Positions 17,767 to 28,270 of a stretch of DNA of 59,229 nt are shown one piece after another. This stretch comes from a virus. Lineage: Duplodnaviria > Caudoviricetes. Under the pieces are notes generated by a model. The model saw only the letters and a list, made by a program, of their open reading frames with translations, ran no database searches and was not told the DNA's origin. Made by a program: the position numbers and the translations under genes. Location of the stretch: positions 1 to 59,229 of IMG/VR virus record IMGVR_UViG_3300028569_001325; one strand, 5' to 3'. The first letter of the stretch is position 1. Every line of letters begins with the position of its first letter.

Positions 17767-19545
17767 ATGTCATTATCAAAAGAACAAGTATTATTAGAAT
17801 ACGCTAAATGTGTTAGAGATACTCCATACGCGTTAAAAACATATTTACAAACTTATGATAATACACAATCTAAATACGTACCGTTAGAGTTATTTAACGA
17901 TCAAGTAACCTTAGTAAAAGATTACGACACATCTGAAGAAAATATTGCATTAAAATACCGACAAGCGGGTGTCTCAACTGTAACATCAGCATGGGCATCT
18001 AAAAGATTAGTATTTGCACGTAAAGAAAAACCTGAAAAAATCTTAATTATTGCAAACAAAATGGATACCGCCATGGAAATGGGGAATAAAGTCCGAGCAT
18101 TTGTTGATCAGTGGCCGAAGTGGTTAGGAGTTGGGTTCTCTGTTGAGAAAAATTCACAAAGACATTTTAAATTAACCAACGGTTGTGAGGTAAAGGCAGT
18201 AGCAACATCAAAGGATGCGTTACGTGGGTATACACCAACAATATTAATATTTGATGAGGCAGCATACATAAATGCCGATGAAGACTTTTGGTCAGCATGT
18301 ATGGCATCCCTATCTACAGGAGGTAAAGTTATAGTAATTTCAACACCAAACGGGTTTGATCCTATATATTATTCAATCTATAGTCAGTCAATTAAAGGTA
18401 TGAATGACTTTAAAATTACTGAGATGTATTGGTTTAGGGATCCTAGATATTCTAAAGATTTAAAACTCATCAAATGTGACGATATTGTTCATTATATGTT
18501 GAATAGGGGTGATTACAATGATAGTGAAATAATATTAAATTATACTGATACTAAAGTTGTTGATAGAGATTTTAACGAGATTAAGAAAAAAATTGAGGAT
18601 GAGGGGTACAAACCGTACAGTTCTTGGTTTGAGGCTATGGCTAAAAAATTAAAATTTGACAAAAGAAAAATATCACAGGAGCTTGAGTGTAACTTTTTAG
18701 GTTCGGGAGATAGTGTTATCCCTTCTGAAACCATGAAAAAAATAAAAGAAAAACACATCAAGGAACCTGAAAATAAATTTATGGGTGGTGCTCTTTGGCA
18801 GTGGAAGGAGCCGGTTGCCGGACATAGATACATTATGGGTGTTGACGTTTCAAGAGGGGATAGTGAAGATTTTACCACAATGTGTATTATTGATTTTGAT
18901 GCAAGAGAACAGGTATTAGAATACTTAGGTAAGATTCCACCTGACATTGCTGCTGAAATCGCATTTAAATGGGCAACAATGTATAACGCATTTATTGTTA
19001 TTGATATCACTGGTGGTATGGGTGTTTCTACATCAAGAAAACTACAAGAACTTGGATATAAAAATTTATATATTGATGGGGTTAACCCTGCCGACAAATG
19101 GAAGTGGGATCCAAAATCACAAGATAAAATTCCCGGTATCAACTTTAACTCAAAAAGAGTTTTAATTGTACAGGCATTTGAGGAAGCGTTACGATTTGAT
19201 TTTGCGTTAAGATCACAAAGATTATTTAATGAACTTAATACGTTTGTTTATATCAGTGGTAGACCTGATCATCAAAAAGGACAACACGATGACTTAATAA
19301 TGGCGATGGCAATGGCTCTTTATGTTGGAGAATCATCTTTTGCTCAATTAGAAAAGGCTGCGGAACAAGCAAAGGCGATGATTGATTCATGGACTACAGA
19401 AACAACTATGTTTAAAGAATCCTCACAAAATTTTAATCCTGGTATTCCTGTAAGTTCTAACGGTAATTTTGGGTATGAGAGGAATCAGGTAACTAAAAGT
19501 GATTATGAAAACTATTTATGGTTATTCGGGGGTAGAAGGGTTTAA
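17767..19545 (+). CDS. terL: Terminase large subunit (T4 gp17-like)
   Basis: Walker A KYRQAGVST, Walker B LIFDEAA, ISTPNG, QELECNF, nuclease GVDVSRG..ED and HDDLIMA. Confidence 0.95.
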   Translation: MSLSKEQVLLEYAKCVRDTPYALKTYLQTYDNTQSKYVPLELFNDQVTLVKDYDTSEENIALKYRQAGVSTVTSAWASKRLVFARKEKPEKILIIANKMDTAMEMGNKVRAFVDQWPKWLGVGFSVEKNSQRHFKLTNGCEVKAVATSKDALRGYTPTILIFDEAAYINADEDFWSACMASLSTGGKVIVISTPNGFDPIYYSIYSQSIKGMNDFKITEMYWFRDPRYSKDLKLIKCDDIVHYMLNRGDYNDSEIILNYTDTKVVDRDFNEIKKKIEDEGYKPYSSWFEAMAKKLKFDKRKISQELECNFLGSGDSVIPSETMKKIKEKHIKEPENKFMGGALWQWKEPVAGHRYIMGVDVSRGDSEDFTTMCIIDFDAREQVLEYLGKIPPDIAAEIAFKWATMYNAFIVIDITGGMGVSTSRKLQELGYKNLYIDGVNPADKWKWDPKSQDKIPGINFNSKRVLIVQAFEEALRFDFALRSQRLFNELNTFVYISGRPDHQKGQHDDLIMAMAMALYVGESSFAQLEKAAEQAKAMIDSWTTETTMFKESSQNFNPGIPVSSNGNFGYERNQVTKSDYENYLWLFGGRRV

Positions 19546-19582
19546 TTTATACCATTGAATACTATTTTTAAAAAAAAGATTT

Positions 19583-21397
19583 ATGGCACAAGAAAAATAT
19601 ACAGTTTGGCAGAGGTTGAGTAAGGCTTTTGGGCCTAACGCAACAATGGACCAACAATCCCCAGTTTTTAAGTTTGACAAAAAAGAACTATTAAAAACTA
19701 CGGATAAGACTGAGTTTGAAAAGGAAAAACTACAAGCTCAACAAACGGTATACATTGGAAAACAATGGCAAAAGGTTGAAAGTAACCTATACCAACAAGC
19801 GGTTTACTATGAACCAACAAGAATGGCGTCGTATTATGATTATGAATCTATGGAGTATACTCCTGAAATTTCTGCGGCTTTAGATATATATGCTGAAGAA
19901 TCAACGACACCGGATCAAGACGGACATATATTAAAAGTCTATTCAGAATCAAACAGGATAAAATCAGTATTAACGGATTTATTTACAAATAAATTGGACA
20001 TTAATACGAATCTACCAATGTGGACAAGAAACACCTGTAAATTTGGGGATAATTTTATTTATTTAAAATTGGATCCAGAAAAAGGGATTGTGGGTTGTCA
20101 ACAATTACCTAATATACAAATTGAAAGATTGGAAAAGGGTATGAAGTTTCAACCTGATAAGTATTCCCAAGATATGGAGAACGACTCTTTGAAGTTTGTG
20201 TGGAAAGAAAAAAATATGGAGTTTAACACTTGGGAAATCGGACACTTTAGAATATTAGGTGACGATAGAAAATTACCTTATGGTACCTCAATGTTAGAAA
20301 AATCTCGTCGTATTTGGAAACAACTTTTATTATCGGAAGATGCGATGTTAATTTATCGTGTATCAAGAGCTCCTGAAAGAAGAGTATTTAAAGTGTTTGT
20401 TGGTAATATGGATGATAAGGATGTTGATCCATACGTACAAAGAGTTGCCAATAAATTTAAAAGAGATCAAGTTGTTGATAACAAAACAGGTAATGTTGAC
20501 ATGAGGTATAACCAAATGGCGGTTGATCAGGACTACTTTATTCCTGTTAGGGATGCTTCGGCTACTAACCCTATAGAAACGTTACCTGGAGGTACGAATC
20601 TATCTGAAATTGCAGATATTGAATACATCCAAAAGAAATTAGTTACCGCACTTAGAATACCTAAAGCATATTTAGGGTTTGAAGAAGCTGTAGGTGACGG
20701 TAAAAATCTATCTCTACTTGATATTAGATTTGCAAGAACAATAAATAGAGTACAAAAGTCTATGATTGCGGAATTAAATAAAATCGCAATTGTACATTTA
20801 TTTTTATTAGGGTTTGAGGATGAGTTAACTAATTTTACCCTATCGTTACATAACCCATCTAAACAAGCCGATTTATTATCTATTGAGTTGTGGAAAGAAA
20901 AAATAACATTATTTAAAGATGCAGTTGCACCTATACAAGATAGTGTTGCTCCTGTATCAGCATCGTGGGCTAAAAAACATATACTTGGATTTTCTGATGA
21001 GGAGATTAGACTTGATTTACAACAACAAAGAATTGAGAGAGCGGTTTCTGCTGAACTTGGTAAAACTGCTGAGGTTATAACAAGAACAGGTGTTTTTGAT
21101 AACATCGATAGTTTATACGGTAAAAAAGAAAGTGAAAAAGGAGCATCGGCAGACACAGGTGACAGTGGAGATGCCGGTGGAGATTTAGGTTCAGCACCAC
21201 CACCATCAGGAGGAGATGAATCCCCACCACCACCATCAGGAGGAGAGGCACCAACAACCGAAAGGTTGGTTAGTAGCGATTTAGATTTGTTATTAGAAGA
21301 TACCTTATTTAGTGGTAAAAATTACATGAATTTATCTAAAGGTAGAAATTCTTTAATCGAAATGGATGACAGATTGAAAAAATTAATTAATAAGTAA
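19583..21397 (+). CDS. Portal protein (T4 gp20-like)
   Basis: EDAMLIYRVSRAPERRVF, QDYFIPVR, IETLPGG.NL.EI.DI.Y.QKKL..ALRIP motifs. Confidence 0.95.
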   Translation: MAQEKYTVWQRLSKAFGPNATMDQQSPVFKFDKKELLKTTDKTEFEKEKLQAQQTVYIGKQWQKVESNLYQQAVYYEPTRMASYYDYESMEYTPEISAALDIYAEESTTPDQDGHILKVYSESNRIKSVLTDLFTNKLDINTNLPMWTRNTCKFGDNFIYLKLDPEKGIVGCQQLPNIQIERLEKGMKFQPDKYSQDMENDSLKFVWKEKNMEFNTWEIGHFRILGDDRKLPYGTSMLEKSRRIWKQLLLSEDAMLIYRVSRAPERRVFKVFVGNMDDKDVDPYVQRVANKFKRDQVVDNKTGNVDMRYNQMAVDQDYFIPVRDASATNPIETLPGGTNLSEIADIEYIQKKLVTALRIPKAYLGFEEAVGDGKNLSLLDIRFARTINRVQKSMIAELNKIAIVHLFLLGFEDELTNFTLSLHNPSKQADLLSIELWKEKITLFKDAVAPIQDSVAPVSASWAKKHILGFSDEEIRLDLQQQRIERAVSAELGKTAEVITRTGVFDNIDSLYGKKESEKGASADTGDSGDAGGDLGSAPPPSGGDESPPPPSGGEAPTTERLVSSDLDLLLEDTLFSGKNYMNLSKGRNSLIEMDDRLKKLINK

Positions 21398-21418
21398 TAT
21401 TTATAATAAAAACTAATT

Positions 21419-22147
21419 ATGAATACATTTGGTAATATTAAAACAAATATAGAAAAGACGGCATCTGAACTAGCTAAAAAACCAGAATTTAAAAGATTTA
21501 TTTTTGAATTTAACACCTTGGTTTTAAAAAACAAAGACATTAGTGAGTTATACAATATCTATGATGACTTATCAACCAAAAAAGGGGTTTCCCCTGATAT
21601 TGTTAATGATTATGTTAATGAATCTATAGAATATTCTCAAATCCTTATGGAAAGTCAAACAAAAAACATTGGGTACTTAAATACATGGATATCTTCTTGG
21701 ACTAAATCAAATCAAAACGAATATTCTGATATTGATAACGCGATTTACAATAATAGTATAAGAAATTTAGAATCCGTTTTAGAATCTAAAAATAACATAA
21801 AAAAAACATTAATAAGTGAAGAAAAAATTAATGTTAAAGAAAGTATACATTTACCAATAAGATCAATGGTAAGTATAGCGAATAAGACACTTTCTAAACA
21901 ACTTTCAAATTTAACCGAATCAGATAAAGAAGAATTAAAAACGATTACATCTTTAAATAAAGATGAATTAAAAAAAGAAATTAATAGTTTAAAAGAATCC
22001 GTTAATTCAAAATTAAAACTAACATTAAACGAATCAAAAGATAGTGATTTGTCTAATACCATACAAAACACAATAAATAAGGTTAATGGTACAAAATATG
22101 ATCATTATAATTTGTATAAATTAAGAAAATTAAATACAGGGTTATGA
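21419..22147 (+). CDS. Hypothetical protein in the head module
   Basis: 242-aa helical ORF with TATTTAT upstream. Confidence 0.75.
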   Translation: MNTFGNIKTNIEKTASELAKKPEFKRFIFEFNTLVLKNKDISELYNIYDDLSTKKGVSPDIVNDYVNESIEYSQILMESQTKNIGYLNTWISSWTKSNQNEYSDIDNAIYNNSIRNLESVLESKNNIKKTLISEEKINVKESIHLPIRSMVSIANKTLSKQLSNLTESDKEELKTITSLNKDELKKEINSLKESVNSKLKLTLNESKDSDLSNTIQNTINKVNGTKYDHYNLYKLRKLNTGL

Positions 22148-22407
22148 GAAAGTTTTTTAAATCGTTGTTAGGTGACGGTCCAACAACATTATCGTCTAAA
22201 AGATTTACTGGTATTATTTGTGTAATATCTTTAGTTATCGCATTATTTGTCTCTCTTTTTTCTGCAGGAAAATTAACACCTAACGAATCATTGATTGATG
22301 TTATTGCTCTGTTATCTTTTGGTTCTTTGGGTCTAACTTCTACTGAAGCCATCTTTTCAAAAAAGAAAACCGATAAAAAAGAAGAAGATAATCAATCTGC
22401 AGAATAA
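22144..22407 (+). CDS. Small two-TM membrane protein (holin-like)
   Basis: SSKRF followed by two hydrophobic helices and a charged C-terminus. Confidence 0.6.
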   Translation: MRKFFKSLLGDGPTTLSSKRFTGIICVISLVIALFVSLFSAGKLTPNESLIDVIALLSFGSLGLTSTEAIFSKKKTDKKEEDNQSAE

Positions 22408-22580
22408 TTTTTCTGTTTAAATATTGCTTTTTGAATTTGAGATCTTCGTTCTACTGAGGGTTTTTTATATTCCTTTCTTTCTTGTAATTTTTGTATTTGT
22501 TTTGTTTTATATATCTTAAGCTTATAAGACTTTAACGCTTTCTCAATTGATTTTTCATTTTTAACCGGAACTACTATCAT
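22392..22580 (-). CDS. rpsU: Phage-encoded 30S ribosomal protein bS21
   Basis: MIVVPVK...SIEKALKSYK.K...LQERKEYKKPSVERR..IQKA matches Bacteroidia-type bS21; TATTTAT at 22601-22607. Confidence 0.9.
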   Translation of the reverse strand: MIVVPVKNEKSIEKALKSYKLKIYKTKQIQKLQERKEYKKPSVERRSQIQKAIFKQKNYSAD

Positions 22581-22686
22581 ATTTTTTTTCTTTTTACAAT
22601 ATAAATATACATAAAATTTTCATTTTTTGACAAGCGTAAAAGTTTTATTATACTTGTTAAAACAATAAACTTGTAAGTCATGAAAA

Positions 22687-23136
22687 ATGAAAAGAGGAAA
22701 AACGTCAAAATTAAGTATATTTGATGAAGCAAAATGTCACTACGGAACAGTGGACTCAAAAAATTTAAAATCAATTTATCTTGTTCTACAAACATGGGTT
22801 GAGCCGATTACAGAACAGGATAACTGGAATAAAATAACAGGAGAACTTAAAAGACAAATATTACACACACTATTAGAGGTTACCGAACCAACCACCTTTG
22901 AAAAAAAATACATTGTTGATTTAGATTTGAGAACGAGCGGAATACAAAAAAATAAAAAAAGTTTTTTAAATCTTGAAATCACCTTATTTATCCACAACCA
23001 AGTAATAGATTTTAAATCTCTTATTTTAAGAAGTAAAATTAAAAAAATATTACAAGCAATCTATAAAGACGACTTACAAAATTCAAAGTATTTCACATTA
23101 AGTAAGACAAAAACGAAAGAAACGATAACTGTTTAA
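22687..23136 (+). CDS. Hypothetical protein
   Basis: 149-aa ORF preceded by a near-consensus host promoter TTTG-N19-TATACTTG (22626-22656). Confidence 0.75.
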   Translation: MKRGKTSKLSIFDEAKCHYGTVDSKNLKSIYLVLQTWVEPITEQDNWNKITGELKRQILHTLLEVTEPTTFEKKYIVDLDLRTSGIQKNKKSFLNLEITLFIHNQVIDFKSLILRSKIKKILQAIYKDDLQNSKYFTLSKTKTKETITV

Positions 23137-23156
23137 TATTTATCATAAAAAAGATT

Positions 23157-23867
23157 ATGAAGATATTAGGACCAAATGATACGGGTAAGGGACTTCTTGT
23201 TGAATGGGATGCTGGAACCATTAACCCAAATGAATATAGAAACAGTCAAGTGATAAAGGAATCTTATGGTCAATTAGATTACTCAAAACCATTTGTATTT
23301 TATGCGACACTTCAAAAATACGGAGTACCAAATAGGAACGGTAGAGTTTATCCTGAGAAAATCTTAAAAAGAGAAGCTGAAAGATATAAAGAGATGATTA
23401 ATAAAGGAATGTCTATATCTGAACTTAATCATCCAGAATCGTCACTTATTGATTTAGATAGGGTTGCTCATATTATTACAGAAGTATGGTGGGAAGATAA
23501 CGTATTAATGGGTAAAATAAAATTATTAACCACACCAGGTTTTCACGAAAGAGGGATAGTTTCCTCAAAGGGAGATGTTGCGGCTAATATGATGAGACAA
23601 GGGGTTACTATGGGAGTCTCTTCTCGTGGAGTAGGTTCATTGGTTAAAAAGGGAGAACAAAATGAAGTACAGGATGATTTTGAGTTAATTTGTTTTGACT
23701 TGGTTTCCTCTCCATCAACTCCTGGAGCATATCTTTATTTAAATAAAGATGATAGACCTAAGTATGAAGAAAAATTAACTGAGAACGAAAAAATAGATAA
23801 TACATCTAATCCTATGAGTAAATCTGTTGACTTAATGAATAGATTATCCGATTATTTAGGTAAATAA
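23157..23867 (+). CDS. Prohead core protease (T4 gp21-like)
   Basis: NRNGRVYP, ELNHP, GVSSRGVGS and FDLVSSPSTPGA motifs. Confidence 0.95.
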   Translation: MKILGPNDTGKGLLVEWDAGTINPNEYRNSQVIKESYGQLDYSKPFVFYATLQKYGVPNRNGRVYPEKILKREAERYKEMINKGMSISELNHPESSLIDLDRVAHIITEVWWEDNVLMGKIKLLTTPGFHERGIVSSKGDVAANMMRQGVTMGVSSRGVGSLVKKGEQNEVQDDFELICFDLVSSPSTPGAYLYLNKDDRPKYEEKLTENEKIDNTSNPMSKSVDLMNRLSDYLGK

Positions 23868-23879
23868 AATTATTAAGAG

Positions 23880-24089
23880 ATGGATGAAAAGTATTTTGTA
23901 GCAAGAGTAACCACTGATATGGTGGATGAAAACACAGGAAAAGTAAAAAAAATTAAAGAGGAAAAATTAGTTAAGGGGTTTTCACCGACGGATGTTGAAG
24001 CTAAGGTGACTAAAACTTACGAAACTTATACAATGGATTGGAGAATTACCGCCATTGTTGAAAGTAAGATTGATGAGGTAATTGAATAA
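23880..24089 (+). CDS. DUF4494-like small protein
   Basis: YF.ARV......GKVKKIKEE.LV.GFS.TDVEAKV pattern. Confidence 0.5.
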   Translation: MDEKYFVARVTTDMVDENTGKVKKIKEEKLVKGFSPTDVEAKVTKTYETYTMDWRITAIVESKIDEVIE

Positions 24090-24102
24090 TTTTTTAATTA
24101 GT

Positions 24103-24131
24103 GGGGGTGAATTTAGGTTCACCCTTTTTTT
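24103..24131 (+). terminator. Rho-independent terminator
   Basis: GGGGGTGAA-loop-TTCACCCTTTTTTT. Confidence 0.8.
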
Positions 24132-24230
24132 ATGACTAAAAATATCACAACATAAGTCAATATTAAAGACTTTTTTCAAACTACTACATATTTATAATAA
24201 AAATAAACGCAAAATGCATTGCTTATTATT

Positions 24231-25604
24231 ATGAGTATGGAAAAAAATAATTCGATAGTAGAGGAAGCTTTATTACAAATGAGAGCGGTAGAGGATGCTA
24301 TCAATGAAAACGCAAAAGGAATACTTGCTTCAACCATGAAGGAAGAAATCAGTGAATTAGTAAGGGAATCTTTAGGGGGTTCAAAAAAATCAAAAAAGTC
24401 ATTAGTCGAACAAGAAGAAGAAGATGATGTCGATGTTACAGATGAAACAGACGACTATACAGAAGACGGCGACGATACAGAAGACTTTGATGAAACAGAA
24501 TTCGACACAGATGTTATGGCTGGATTTCCATCTGTAACAGGAGTTGAGGATGATAATCAAGATGCTATGGCTCCTTTGGATATGACACAGGCACCTATGT
24601 CTGACGTATTAAAAGTATTTAAGGCTATGGGTGATAATGACGGAATCATTGTTAAAAAGGATGATGCGGGTAATATCCGACTAACTGACAGTAACAAAGA
24701 CTCTGAATACCTTATTCAAATGGACGGCATGGATAACACTGAAATGCCAATGATATCACAAACAAATGAAAACGTTTTGTATGAGTTGAGTTTTGATGAC
24801 GGAGAGTATGGTAAATATGACGAATCGGCTGATCCAACAGATACGAGTGGTGAGTCTGGAGCGTTTACTGCTGAAGGGTGGGACGACGAAGATGAAGATG
24901 AAGATGAAATCGTTTATGAATTAGAAATGGAAGAATCTTTTAAACCAAAAGGTAACGTAGGTAAAATGAAATTCAAGTACCCTTCAAAACTTAGAAAAGG
25001 TGTCACTGAAATGGGTGACTATGAAGAAGAGAATAAATGGGAAGAAATGGGTGACATGGCTTACGATCCGTTTGTAGATGAAGATGACGATAAAGAAGAA
25101 TCTGGCGAAACTAAAGAATCTGCAAGAACTTTAGGAAACGGTAGTAGAAATTACCCTCAAAGAAAATCTTTACCTAAAATGAGAGTTAGACCAACTAACG
25201 AAGGAGTAACTAAAGAACTTAATTTATTAAGAGAAAAAAATGAAGAGTACAAAAAGGCTCTTGATTTCTTTAGAAACAAATTAAATGAAGTTGCGGTATT
25301 TAATTCAAATTTGGCTTATTCTACAAGATTATTCACAGAACACACAACAACAAAACAAGAAAAAATAAACATTTTAAGAAGATTTGATTCTATTGAGTCA
25401 TTAAAAGAATCTAAAAATCTTTATAAAACTATTAAAACAGAAATAGACAGTACATCATCAGATAAAGGTGTGTTTACAGAATCTATAGTGAGAAAAGTGT
25501 CAAAAACACCACAGAATGGATCGTCTACTAATTTAATAGAAAGTAAAACGTATGAGAATCCTCAATTCATGAGAATGAAGGATTTGATGACAAAAATTAA
25601 ATAA
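24231..25604 (+). CDS. Prohead scaffold protein (T4 gp22-like)
   Basis: Very acidic, with a C-terminal coiled coil (LNEVAVFNSNLAYSTRLF); lies between the protease and the capsid gene. Confidence 0.8.
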   Translation: MSMEKNNSIVEEALLQMRAVEDAINENAKGILASTMKEEISELVRESLGGSKKSKKSLVEQEEEDDVDVTDETDDYTEDGDDTEDFDETEFDTDVMAGFPSVTGVEDDNQDAMAPLDMTQAPMSDVLKVFKAMGDNDGIIVKKDDAGNIRLTDSNKDSEYLIQMDGMDNTEMPMISQTNENVLYELSFDDGEYGKYDESADPTDTSGESGAFTAEGWDDEDEDEDEIVYELEMEESFKPKGNVGKMKFKYPSKLRKGVTEMGDYEEENKWEEMGDMAYDPFVDEDDDKEESGETKESARTLGNGSRNYPQRKSLPKMRVRPTNEGVTKELNLLREKNEEYKKALDFFRNKLNEVAVFNSNLAYSTRLFTEHTTTKQEKINILRRFDSIESLKESKNLYKTIKTEIDSTSSDKGVFTESIVRKVSKTPQNGSSTNLIESKTYENPQFMRMKDLMTKIK

Positions 25605-25630
25605 ACTAAAAAAAATAAAAAACCAAAAAA

Positions 25631-27484
25631 ATGGGAGCATTATTAGAATCAGGTCTTGTTGGTAACATCGGGTTAAAACACCTTAAAGTTATCAAAGAAG
25701 ATACAATTAACAAATGGGATCGTTTAGGATTCCTAGATGGACTTAAAGGTCACATTAAAGAAAATATGGCGCAGTTATATGAAAACCAAGCGTCACATTT
25801 GATTAACGAAGCATCGTCAACAGATAGTTCAGGTTCTTTCGAAACTGTAGTATTTCCTATCGTAAGACGTGTATTCTCTAAATTATTGGCTAACGATTTA
25901 GTTTCTGTACAAGCAATGAACTTACCTATCGGTAAATTGTTCTACTTTGTACCTAAAATTCAATCTTACCAAAATGGTGGTACAAACGCTGCAGGTGGTG
26001 GAACACATTACGGTCCTATTGGTGCTGATGGTGGACCAACTCAAGCACAATCTCAAGCAGGTTACGGAGCAAACGATAAAAACCTTTATGATAGATTTTA
26101 CGAAGGTACTGAACCAGGATTAGACCCAGCAGGACTTTTTGATTATTCAAAAGGAACGTTTTCTGCAATCACTAAAAATGCTACTACAGTTGCATGGTCA
26201 AGTGGAGTTATGGTTCCAGCAGCTTACACTTTAACAGGTGGTACAGTTGTTGCTACAGGTGCTGACGGAGGTCCTGTTTATAGAAAAGCATTAATCGTTA
26301 TGTCAGGTTTCTCTTCTGCAGGAGCAGGTAAATTAATCGGTCCTGATGGACAAGAGATGGATAACGAAGCATTCCTTTCTGATTTAAGAGTTAACGCAGT
26401 ATCCACAGGATCATTCTCAGGAATGGGTGCAGGTGACTTGTTATTTAGAGTTGTAACTCAAAAATATGGTAAAGGTATTGTACAATACGGTTCACAAACA
26501 ACAACTAACTTCTACGCATCAAGTCCTTTAGGAAACGGTGGAGCATATGATAACTTATGTGATGCTACAGGTTTAATCTACTTAGAGGTTGATTTACAAC
26601 AACCATGTTCAATCGGAGCAGCATCATTAGATGGTTACTCAGGTTTAACATTAACAGTTTCTGGTGATTCAGCGGCAGGTACACAATTCACAACTCAATT
26701 TAGAGTTTACAAAGAAATGGAATTTGAAGATCAAATTGGTGAGGTTTCTTTTGATTTAGAATCAGTAACTGTTTCTGTAACTGAAAGAAAACTAAGAGCA
26801 CAATGGTCTCCTGAATTAGCACAAGACGTTTCTGCATTCCATAACATCGACGCTGAAGCTGAATTAACGGCTTTATTGTCTGAACAAGTGGCGGCAGAGA
26901 TTGACCGTGAAATTTTACGTGACTTACGTAAAGGAGCGGCTTGGAACTTACGTTGGGATTACAACGGATGGAAAAGAGGTACTACAGCAAATCCATTAAC
27001 ACAATACACTCAAAAAGATTGGAATCAAACTTTGATTACTGCGATTAACCAAATCTCAGCTCAAATCCACAAATCTACTTTGAGAGGTGGTGCTAACTGG
27101 ATCGTTGTATCTTCTGAAATTTCAGCAATCTTTGATGATTTAGAATACTTCCACGTATCTAACGCATCTCCTGATCAAGACCAATACAACATGGGTATTG
27201 AAAGAGTAGGTACTCTTGCAGGACGTTACCAAGTATACCGTGACCCTTACTTCCCAGCAAACACAGTTTTGATTGGACACAAAGGAACATCATTGTTAGA
27301 TACAGGTTATGTTTACGCACCGTACGTACCTCTACAATTAACACCTACAATGTATAACCCATTCAACTTTACACCGATTAAAGGTATAATGACGAGATAC
27401 GCGAAAAAAATGGTAAATAACCGCTTTTATGGCCGCATTACCGTAGATGGTGTTAGAACATTCGATTTAAGAGAATTGAGATAA
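25631..27484 (+). CDS. Major capsid protein (T4 gp23-like)
   Basis: PIVRRVF..L.ANDLVSVQAM..P.G, RKLRAQWSPELAQD..AFH.IDAEAEL, YAPYVPL and GIMTRY motifs; highly biased codon usage. Confidence 0.97.
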   Translation: MGALLESGLVGNIGLKHLKVIKEDTINKWDRLGFLDGLKGHIKENMAQLYENQASHLINEASSTDSSGSFETVVFPIVRRVFSKLLANDLVSVQAMNLPIGKLFYFVPKIQSYQNGGTNAAGGGTHYGPIGADGGPTQAQSQAGYGANDKNLYDRFYEGTEPGLDPAGLFDYSKGTFSAITKNATTVAWSSGVMVPAAYTLTGGTVVATGADGGPVYRKALIVMSGFSSAGAGKLIGPDGQEMDNEAFLSDLRVNAVSTGSFSGMGAGDLLFRVVTQKYGKGIVQYGSQTTTNFYASSPLGNGGAYDNLCDATGLIYLEVDLQQPCSIGAASLDGYSGLTLTVSGDSAAGTQFTTQFRVYKEMEFEDQIGEVSFDLESVTVSVTERKLRAQWSPELAQDVSAFHNIDAEAELTALLSEQVAAEIDREILRDLRKGAAWNLRWDYNGWKRGTTANPLTQYTQKDWNQTLITAINQISAQIHKSTLRGGANWIVVSSEISAIFDDLEYFHVSNASPDQDQYNMGIERVGTLAGRYQVYRDPYFPANTVLIGHKGTSLLDTGYVYAPYVPLQLTPTMYNPFNFTPIKGIMTRYAKKMVNNRFYGRITVDGVRTFDLRELR

Positions 27485-27507
27485 TCAAAATCTTAAATAA
27501 TAACACT

Positions 27508-27535
27508 AAAGGGACAAGAAATTGTCCCTTTTTTT
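27508..27535 (+). terminator. Terminator after the capsid gene
   Basis: AAAGGGACAA-GAAA-TTGTCCCTTTTTTT. Confidence 0.9.
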
Positions 27536-27588
27536 ATGTTTTTATATTAACTATATGTTTTTTGGATTAATATGTTATATTTATAAAT

Positions 27589-28269
27589 ATGAAGAAATAT
27601 ATCCCATCAGAAGAAGAAATTAAAACTATACTTAAGTTGTATAATGATGATTTGATTGGGAGTCAATCAATTTCGGAAAAAATAGGATTAAATAAACAAC
27701 AAGTGTTAAGAATACTTAAAGAAAATGGTGTTAAATTAGGACCACCAGGTAGAAGAAATATTGGTGGTAAAAAAATTGCCGATAAAAAATGGAGAGAAAA
27801 AAATAAAGAATCGGTAAAAGAATATATTAAAACTTGGTATGAACAAAACAAAGAACATCGTAAAGAATACCTTAAAGAATACCGTGAAAAAAATATAGAT
27901 AATATTAGAAAAACAAAACGAGATTACGAAAGAAATCGTAAAGCGAGAGACCCCATCTATAAACTAATATCTAATTTCAGGACCGCAATATACCAGGTAT
28001 TAAAGGAGTGTAATGTAGAAAAGAACAATCATTACTTTGACATACTACAATACACACCTGAAGAACTAATAACACATTTAGAATTACAATTCAAGGACGA
28101 TATGAGTTGGGATAACTATGGAATTTGGCATGTTGACCATAAGTTACCTATAACATCATTTGATATACAGGAGATGGGAGATAAAGAATTTATGTCTTGT
28201 TGGGTCTTAGATAACCTCCAACCAATGTGGGGTATTGAGAATATACGTAAATCAAATAAATCCGAATAA
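27589..28269 (+). CDS. Free-standing HNH-like homing endonuclease
   Basis: N-terminal HTH-like region, Lys/Arg/Tyr helical repeats, and C-terminal MSWDNYG.WHVDH..P...NLQPMW..EN..KSNK. Confidence 0.8.
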   Translation: MKKYIPSEEEIKTILKLYNDDLIGSQSISEKIGLNKQQVLRILKENGVKLGPPGRRNIGGKKIADKKWREKNKESVKEYIKTWYEQNKEHRKEYLKEYREKNIDNIRKTKRDYERNRKARDPIYKLISNFRTAIYQVLKECNVEKNNHYFDILQYTPEELITHLELQFKDDMSWDNYGIWHVDHKLPITSFDIQEMGDKEFMSCWVLDNLQPMWGIENIRKSNKSE

Positions 28270-28270
28270 G

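Noticed and set aside
17263-21156. Long antisense ORFs (17263..17751, 18540..19142, 20533..21156) and similar shadow ORFs elsewhere
   Set aside because: They mirror well-supported genes, have Phe/Ser/Ile-rich shadow composition and show no recognisable motifs.
17767-27484. Introns or inteins in terminase, portal or capsid genes
   Set aside because: The ORFs are continuous, with no intein motifs or interruptions seen.
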